A stretch of 64,000 bases of DNA, taken from Podarcis erhardii (taxonomy: Eukaryota). Below are positions 56,620 through 64,000 of this stretch, in pieces. Position numbers and translations under genes: made by a program. Position 1 is the stretch's first letter; each line of letters begins with the position of its first letter. The notes under the pieces were generated by a model, which saw nothing but the letters and a program-made list of their open reading frames with translations, searched no databases and was not told the origin of the DNA. The stretch lies in NCBI GenBank assembly GCA_964252035.1, contig OZ176203.1; one strand, written 5' to 3'.

Positions 56620-57640
56620 TACTTTAAAGCCAGTGTCTGGTCTCCTCATGAGTGGAATAGGTGGTCAGTCCCCATTCATGGGCTTTCAGTCACAGTTTAT
56701 TTGACTGGTAGCTGGAATCTTTCAGCCAATTATCTTCCAGGTCACGTTTGCCAGAGAGTCTGCAAACACTTTCAGGGAAGTGGGGAGAGGGGGAGATGGC
56801 TGTTGTTTTTGCAGATCTGGGAAGTGGCCATCTGCTGATAAGCATCACCAGCATTTTTCCATCTTTCTGTCAGGCAGCATTTAATATTTTCCTGCTAAAC
56901 AAGATTTAATGAATAACCTTGGGGTATGAGAAGGGACCTGTGCCTTATTCAGCAGCCCTGGTAGTGGGCAAGAAACCAGTTTTAGCCACACCCTAAAACA
57001 AACACTGGTTTCTCTCATGCTCAAAAATTCAATCCCACCAAAAAGAAAGGCAGTTGATTATGCAATTACAAGGTGCTTTCTCTTCCTGCTAAGTTGTGTG
57101 GCATTAGAACAATTCTCACCAAGGGTTACATATACAACAACAGTGTTGAGAAAAACAATAATCACAGTAGCAGTATGGTGGACTCCTCGTTTCACCTGAG
57201 ATCATAAAGCAGTATTTAATGTTTAAACAGCTACTATAAACATGCAGGCATAACACAGAGGTTATCTGCTGTAAGCACAAAAGCCTCACACTTAAAAGAA
57301 AACAAGAATATAATGGATTGAAGAAATCCTCTCACTAGTTAGAGATGTGACCATGTGCCTCAAGGCAGAAATCTCAAACCGGGTAGCTAGGAAGCAAAGT
57401 TATCTGAAGGGGATACACAAACGAGCACTTCAAAGCGCAGGCTAGTTTAAAGGAACAAAACAATTTAGAGCACAGTAGCTCAAAGGTCTTTTGATACATG
57501 GCAACTCAATTTAGCTGACAGATATACAAAGAAACCAATTCGCATGACAGGCCATTCAGTGGCAGATGGCTGGGGGCTATTTCCCTCATCTGACTGCTTG
57601 TAGCTAAAAGGGAAAAACAACACAGAGACACAATCCAAAT

Positions 57641-57962
57641 CATGGATAGGCAAACTAAGGCCCGGGGGCCGGATCTGGCCCAATCGCCTTCTTAATCCGG
57701 CCCGTGGATGGTCCGGGAATTAGCGTGTTTTTTACATGAGCAGAATGTGTCCTTTGATTTAAAATGCATCTCTGGGCGATTTGTGGGACTTGCCTGGTGT
57801 TTTTACATGAGTAGAATGTGTGCTTTTATTTAAAATGCATCTCTGGGTTATTTGTGGGGCACCGGAATTCGTTCATTCCCCCCCCCCCAAATACAGTCTG
57901 GCCCACTACATGGTCTGAGGGACAGTGGACCGGCCCCCTGCTGAAAAAGTCTGCTGACTCCA
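57641..57962 (+). mobile_element. hAT-Charlie-type MITE (same family as 18585)
   Basis: Body matches 18585; decayed TIRs; 8-bp TSD ATCCAAAT (57633-57640, 57963-57970). Confidence 0.88.
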
Positions 57963-58192
57963 ATCCAAATCTTGAAGCTCCTACAAGTCCTGGAATACCC
58001 AACAGGGGCCATCATGTTTCAGGCACCTGGGTTTACTCATTCTCTGCTGGGGAAACGAATAAGACAGCACAGGGAAATAAACCGCACCTTCTCAGAGCGC
58101 TTCTGTGAACCGCTAGCTGGTGATAAGCATCACTGGGACTTCCTTGCCTTTCTGCCAAACAGGATTTGATCGTGAACATTTGAGTATTAGAA

Positions 58193-58546
58193 GGACGTGG
58201 GTGGCGCTGTGGTCTAAACCACAGAGCCTAGGGCTTGCTGATCAGAAGGTCGGCGATTTGAATCCCTGCGACAGGGTGAGCTCCCGTTGCTTGGTCCCTG
58301 CTCCTGCCAACCTAGCAGTTCGAAAGCACGTCAAAGTGCAAGTAGATAAATAGGTACCGCTCCAGCGGGAAGGTGAACGGCGTTTCCGTGCACTGCTCTG
58401 GTTTGCCAGAAGTGGCTTAGTCATGCTGGCCACATCACCTGGAAGCTGTACGCCAGCTCCCTTGGCCAATAAAGTGAGATGAGCGCCGCAACCCCCGAGT
58501 CGTCTGCGAGTGGACCTTACAGCCAGGGTCCCTTTACCTTTACCTT
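58193..58546 (+). mobile_element. Sauria SINE, full length
   Basis: GGACGTGGGTGGCGCTGTGGTCTAAACC head through CCTTTACCTTTACCTT tail. Confidence 0.92.
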
Positions 58547-59496
58547 ATTCAGCAGCCATAATAGAGGGCAATTTTGTCACAGATGTATAGACAGACAGAC
58601 AGATTAAAAGTTTATAGGTAGATATATTTTTAAAATTGGGGGGGGGGGTGAAAGAATTGTTTGCAGTCGTATTTATGTGGTAGGCTGCCAGTTGATTCTG
58701 TGGGTGCAGCCTGGTTCATGCTAACCTTTTCTCATGCAGACAATACGCAATCATGCGCAGGCATGCACATACAATCAATTGTATGTATTATGCAGTGTCT
58801 GTCTATCTGGAGACAAGCAGTGTATCCACAAGAGCCGTGTCACTCACACTAGTCATTCAGAAGTCTATGGGAAGCCCACCTGATGGAAAGAGCTCTTGCT
58901 TGTTGCTGTTCCCAAACATCTGATATTCAGTGACATTACTGCCTATGAACATGGAGGCTCCATACAGCCATCATGGCTAATAGTTATTGAAGGATGCCTT
59001 TTCCCTGAATTTGTCCAGCTCCCCTTAAAAGCAATCTAACCAATGTCCACCATGACACCTTGTGACATTCAATTTCATAAATTAAATTACAAAAGGTTTG
59101 GACAATATTTGAGGCATCAGGAAGCCATTAACAAGCTTTGGAACAGAATGCTCTGTTCTTGTGCTTCCCTTTCCTGTCACACACTGGCTTCAGTGAAAGA
59201 TCCTGGCTTGTATCAAGTCAGAGTTCCCTGGTTCAGGCGTAACAGAGAACTCTGGTTTAATACAAGCTTTCTCTAATTTTTCCTGAAATTTGTGCCGATC
59301 AGTTTCATCTGATAACCCCAAGTTCCACTATTTTAAGAAGAGGGGGGAAATCCCTTTAATCACTTTCCCCTACAAAATGCTATCCCTCCCTCCCTCCCTC
59401 CCAATCCTAGCTACCTTCCCCCGATTCCAGAACTAGAAATACCCAAACATAGCTTGAAAAGAAGAAGCATTTGGTGTGTAGGAAAGAGAAAAACGT

Positions 59497-59585
59497 GTTT
59501 TCTTTTTTTCTTGTTTTGTTTATTTGTTTTCTATGTTTGGTTATTGAAAACTAATAAAAAGAATTTTTTTAAAAAAAAAAAAAAA
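59497..59585 (+). mobile_element. 89-bp L1-type 3' stub with poly(A)
   Basis: 16-bp TSD GGAAAGAGAAAAACGT (59481-59496, 59586-59601); T-rich UTR, AATAAA, then A15. Confidence 0.85.
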
Positions 59586-61292
59586 GGAAAGAGAAAAACG
59601 TATTTCCAAGAGTTGGAATTGTTAGCCTGAAAGAGAGCAAAGAATAGAAACGCAACCTTGGGAATTTGCACACAAAAAATAGCGAAGCTAAGATTTCTTC
59701 TCAGAAGACTTCTAGCTAACATGACACATGCTAACTTGAATGAAAAATAGAGAAAGCATGCCTTTTTCTACTGAAGAAGTGTAAGACAGGAATAAATTAC
59801 TAGGTGTCTAGCCTTCTTTGCATAAAATTACAGAGATGGTCCTTTGCCAGTAGTCGAGTGAATATTCCCAGAAACAAAATATTAAGCTTAAGAAGAGAAC
59901 TTTAGGAGAATGAGCTTGTCGAAGTGAAGATCAATAATCTTTTAGCAGTCGTGAAAGCAAAGGTTTAACTTTATTATAGAGTACAGCTTTCTTCCATTGG
60001 GGTTTAAATAAAAGAAATATATCATAAAGAGGTTAGATTAATTTCCCTTTATTTTTTAAAACAACGGAGCATGAACCAAGCAAAGTTTAGTCTTTTTAGG
60101 AATCACTGGTTTCAGTGGGAATGTTAAACATATGGGCATAAGTTTCCTACTGAAATTAAAACAATGTAAGAGTACTTAACTTTAGAGGATTTTGCTCAGT
60201 TACTTTTTCAACACCACCGAATTGTCAGCAATAATTAAAATCTAGCAATTCTGCATGTTAGCACTAAACTTTTATATTTCACCAGGCAATTAGGAATACA
60301 TCTTTCCACCATGGTTAACTGACGTCTGTTTTCTGTTTTTAAATATGGTTTTTCTTGTATGTTTTTGTTCTCTCACTGTAAAACACTTTGGTTTTTTATG
60401 ACCAGGGAGGAAGAAAAAAAGCACCTTTTTTCAATTCCCTTCATTTCTGACCACTGGACATGATAGATACGACCAATGGAAGTTGGAGTCCAGCAATGTT
60501 TGGAGGGTCACAGTTTTCTCATTCCTGTCCTTCAACATTCCTGCCCTAGGGCACTTATTTGTTAGACTTCTATTTCAGCCACTATTTCTCAAGTCAGAGA
60601 CATCATGCGAGGACAAGGCAATCTGATGCACATCTACTCAGAAGTTAGTCCTCTTAATGAGGCTTCTTCCCAGAAAAGTGAAAATGGGATTGCAGACTTA
60701 GGGAGGAAGTGGGCTTTGCCTGAGATAGTGCCATTAACCACACATTGGTTTTTCCCCCCAATTATATGCTGGAACAGCAAAGACAGACAGGTGGAAAGGA
60801 TTCACAGCAGAGATTAATGACAAGCTGTTTTTGAAGGAGAGTTATATGTTCATGAAAAGCTGCATAATACATACACCACAGCTCATTTGTGTGAAAGTGT
60901 TCAGCTGTGGCATTCTGGCAGCAAAATTATAAATAGAACCCTCCACAGTTCCCTGATATATACCCTTTTTTTTGTTTTCTTATTAGGACCTAATGAGATG
61001 CAGTCACATTGCGAAAGGGGTCATGAATTCCACTATCAGCCAGGAAGGAAATGTCTAGTCCATTTTGTCTCCAGCAGTTCATGTTTCATTATGTAGAATT
61101 CCAAAAAAACCCTAATGAAACCACACAGCAAGAGTGCAGCAGCCAGAGCATCACTCACTAATGATGAGCTGGTGGAGAGAAACTGTAAGCAGAGGGGCTC
61201 GTGCCATTTCTGAATCCATCCATCCATTTCATTCCAGGTTATCAGACATTCTTTTCCACATTCAAAAGCAATTTAAGTTTCCATCTCTATCA

Positions 61293-61590
61293 GGGTAAAA
61301 AAGGTAAAAGGTAAAGGGCCCAAGGATGGTTAAGTCCAGCAAAAGGCAACTATAGGGTGCGGCACTTCAGGCCAAGGGAGCCAGCGTTTGTCCACAGACA
61401 GATTTCCGGATCACGTGGCCAGCATGAGTAAACTACTTCTGGTGCAACGGGACACCGTGATGAATGCATGGAGCACATGGAAATGCTGTTTACCTTCCCA
61501 CCACAGCAGTACCTATTTATCTACTTGCCCTGGTGTGCTTCCGAACTGCTAGGCTGGCAGAAGCTGAGGCAGAGCAATGGGAGCTCACCA
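61293..61590 (-). mobile_element. Sauria SINE, 5'-truncated
   Basis: aaaggtaaaaggtaaagg tail and reverse-complement SINE body ending at gggagctcacc. Confidence 0.88.
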
Positions 61591-62536
61591 ACGCCGCACA
61601 GATTCAAACAATGGGGGAGAGAACGCTATCCCAGGTAAAATTCCAATGCTGAATTTTTCCATAGGAACAAAATATCAATTGCATGAGCTCTTTAGCAACA
61701 ATAAGTGTATGCCAACTGCTAACACACTATCAGGCGAGCTTGGCAGTTTCAACTTCATTGGTTTGCTTAGTAAACACAAATAAAATAAACATGCAAAATT
61801 AGATCACTCTGGGACATCAAAAAAATTGCCAATGCAAAACTGTCCAAAAACATTACTGATCTCTAAATCACTGAGGCTACATTTCAAGTGATTTTCTAAG
61901 CCAAGGATGTAGAACCTGTTAACAGATGGCCTCCTCCCCTCCCCTCCTATTCACATGCAAAAGGTTCCAGTCCTGACATCCTGTTTGAAATATAGCAACA
62001 CAGAGATTTGTGCCATCCAGCCTAGTCAGGAAGGCAAACCATGTTTTGTTCTTGTTTTACAATCCAGCTTTGGGGGGATCACTCAAACACAGTGTGCCAA
62101 TTTGGGCAGCATGGTGAACTGTGGCTTGGGCTCAACAAGAAGGGGAATTAGGTCCTGTGTGGGAAATAAGGAGGAAAGGGGAAAGTGGGAACACATGAGC
62201 ACAGCAATCACCACAATCCCCTAAAAGAGTGTTTGAAGGCTTGTCTGAATGTGAACACTGAGTGTATACCTGTTTGCACAGACACTGTACAATGTACAAA
62301 CTAGCTAGAGAATTCTGAACTCAAAGATATGCATCACCACAGGTGAGTATTCCCTCTTTTTAATTACTTTTTCATGCTGTAGCTAAGAACGTTTTTTCCC
62401 TGATCTTTCACTGTCTCAACCATGGGCACTGATATTATAATACACAACAGTAACTGCACGAAGCAAAGAGGCATTGTTAGTCTGGAATAAGGTGGAAACT
62501 AAGTGTGTATGCACTCTACGAAAATGAGAAAATGAA

Positions 62537-62647
62537 AACAACAACATTTGTATGCCACCCATCTGACTGGGTTTCCCCAGCCGCTCTGGGCGGCTCCCAA
62601 CAGAATATTAAAAACATGATAAAAGATCAAACATTAAAAACTTCCCT
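62537..62647 (-). mobile_element. L2 3' terminal fragment
   Basis: acccatctgactgggtttccccagccgctctgggcggctcccaacagaatattaaaaa...attaaaaacttccct matches the L2 3' end. Confidence 0.85.
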
Positions 62648-63299
62648 CTACATACTTCCATTTGTGAAAGCACAAAGCAACTAAAATTGATGACCAGTAA
62701 TTTCTTCATAAACTATATGAGAAGGTCGTTTATAGACCTGACAACTGTGTACAGTTTACCTTTATTTCTCTTGCTTGCCCAAGAGTGGTGATAGTAGCAC
62801 CTCAAAGCTGAAATCCTAAAGCACGAGTTCGGGAATTAAACCCACTGAACTCAGTGGGGTTTGCTGCAGAGTAGATGTGGTTGGAGGCTGTGTCTTTTCG
62901 TTCATTCTGCCTAACACTTGTTCTTAATTGGCAGTGACGTGTCATCTCATTAATAGAATGGGGGGGGGAGAGATGCAACTATATACACATTGTTACTATA
63001 CAGAGGTTTTGCATGTGTATTAATTTATCCCTTCTGAAGGGACCCTCAAGTGAACAGAAATAAGATGCAGGTCTCCAACCTCTGTATATCACCAGATGTC
63101 ATAAAAGGGTGGGAACCATATGTATACAACCTTTGGTCCCACGGCAGAAGAAAGGCGGAGTGTAGTAAATATAGTAAAATGAATTTCTCAACATGCATAC
63201 TGTGAGCCTGTCACATTCAGAATAATTAGAAATTTAATATGAGAAGGTATAATGCCCCTTATAAGATGGGTATTTAGTCAACACACCTTGCAGAAAATG

Positions 63300-63387
63300 G
63301 ATGTGATCCTATGCATACTTACTAGGAATAAGCCCCATTGATCACAGTGCAACTTACTTCTAAGTAAACATGCACAAGATTGTAGAT
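63300..63387. repeat. Old palindromic MITE-like repeat
   Basis: atcctatgcatacttact...aagccccattga...caacttacttctaagtaaacatgcacaagatt. Degraded relatives at about 42500-42680, 60625-60690 and 62810-62880. Confidence 0.55.
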
Positions 63388-63514
63388 CAGCCACTGTTGT
63401 CTGGCAAGAACCTCCAAGTAGACAAAATAGGAAGGAAGAGTCTTAAAGTAATGCACTAAATACTATTTTCATTTCAAATCCATGCAATACTCATGACTGG
63501 AGGATATTTTATTA

Positions 63515-63740
63515 CAGTGGTACCTTGGGTTAAGTACTTAATTCATTCCAGAGGTCCGTTCTTAACCTGAAACTGTTCTTAACCTGAAGTACCACTTTAG
63601 CTAATGGGGCCTCCTGCTGCTGCCGCAGCACTGGAGCCCGATTTCTGTTCTTATCCTGAAGCAAAGTTCTTAACCTGAAGCACTATTTATGGGTTAGCGG
63701 AGTGTGTAACCTGAAGCATATGTAACCCAAGGTACCACTG
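63515..63740. mobile_element. Tigger-like Tc1/mariner MITE
   Basis: TA|CAGTGGTACCTTGGGTTAAG ... GTAACCCAAGGTACCACTG|TA. Confidence 0.92.
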
Positions 63741-64000
63741 TACTAGATAGGGCACCCTTCTCCAACCCCTATCGATCTCAGCAACTGTGCCCCTTGGTCA
63801 GGAGAGATGGGACCTGTAGCCCAAAACATACCAGGTAAAACTGACAAAATAAAACCAAAATGGGGAAGATCATGACCCAGTTGTGCTGCTTATAAAAACT
63901 TCATTTTGATTGCCAAGACATGCACTGGGCAAATTACTCACTTAAATTGACTTAATACGTTTGTTCTTTTCATTCAAAAAGAAAACTGTCAAAACAGTCT

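Noticed and set aside
47336-58300. tRNA genes at the tRNA-like heads (47336, 49630, 50591, 58193)
   Set aside because: They have A/B-box similarity but no complete cloverleaf, and each continues into a SINE body.

Overview
Intron-dominated 64-kb segment of a squamate genome, probably a lacertid lizard (inferred from Sauria/Squam-type SINEs, young L2 and Neptune-type Penelope elements). The only host gene is APP (amyloid-beta precursor protein) on the minus strand: exon 2 (46250-46083, 168 bp), exon 3 (24600-24471, 130 bp), exon 4 (2387-2275, 113 bp) and exon 5 (345-152, 194 bp), all with AG/GT boundaries and continuous phase. Exon 1 and exons 6 onward lie outside the window. The introns contain many mobile elements. 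Highlights: (1) non-autonomous hAT elements with 8-bp TSDs carry GC-rich cargo; one holds a recognisable, pseudogenised ATP1B3 first coding exon with its splice donor and intron start, in sense orientation to APP; another is a mosaic of CR1, L1 and an unidentified CpG-promoter-like piece. (2) Three Penelope-like insertions share one fold-back architecture (long arm plus shorter inverted arm, 12-16 bp TSD). The largest is a 1.4-kb inverted repeat with a minimal hammerhead ribozyme in each arm; the smallest stops at the predicted ribozyme cleavage site. (3) A 5'-truncated L2 LINE with an uninterrupted RT frame, plus many SINEs, MITEs and microsatellites. All family and gene assignments come from my recall of consensus sequences and were not checked by any search.
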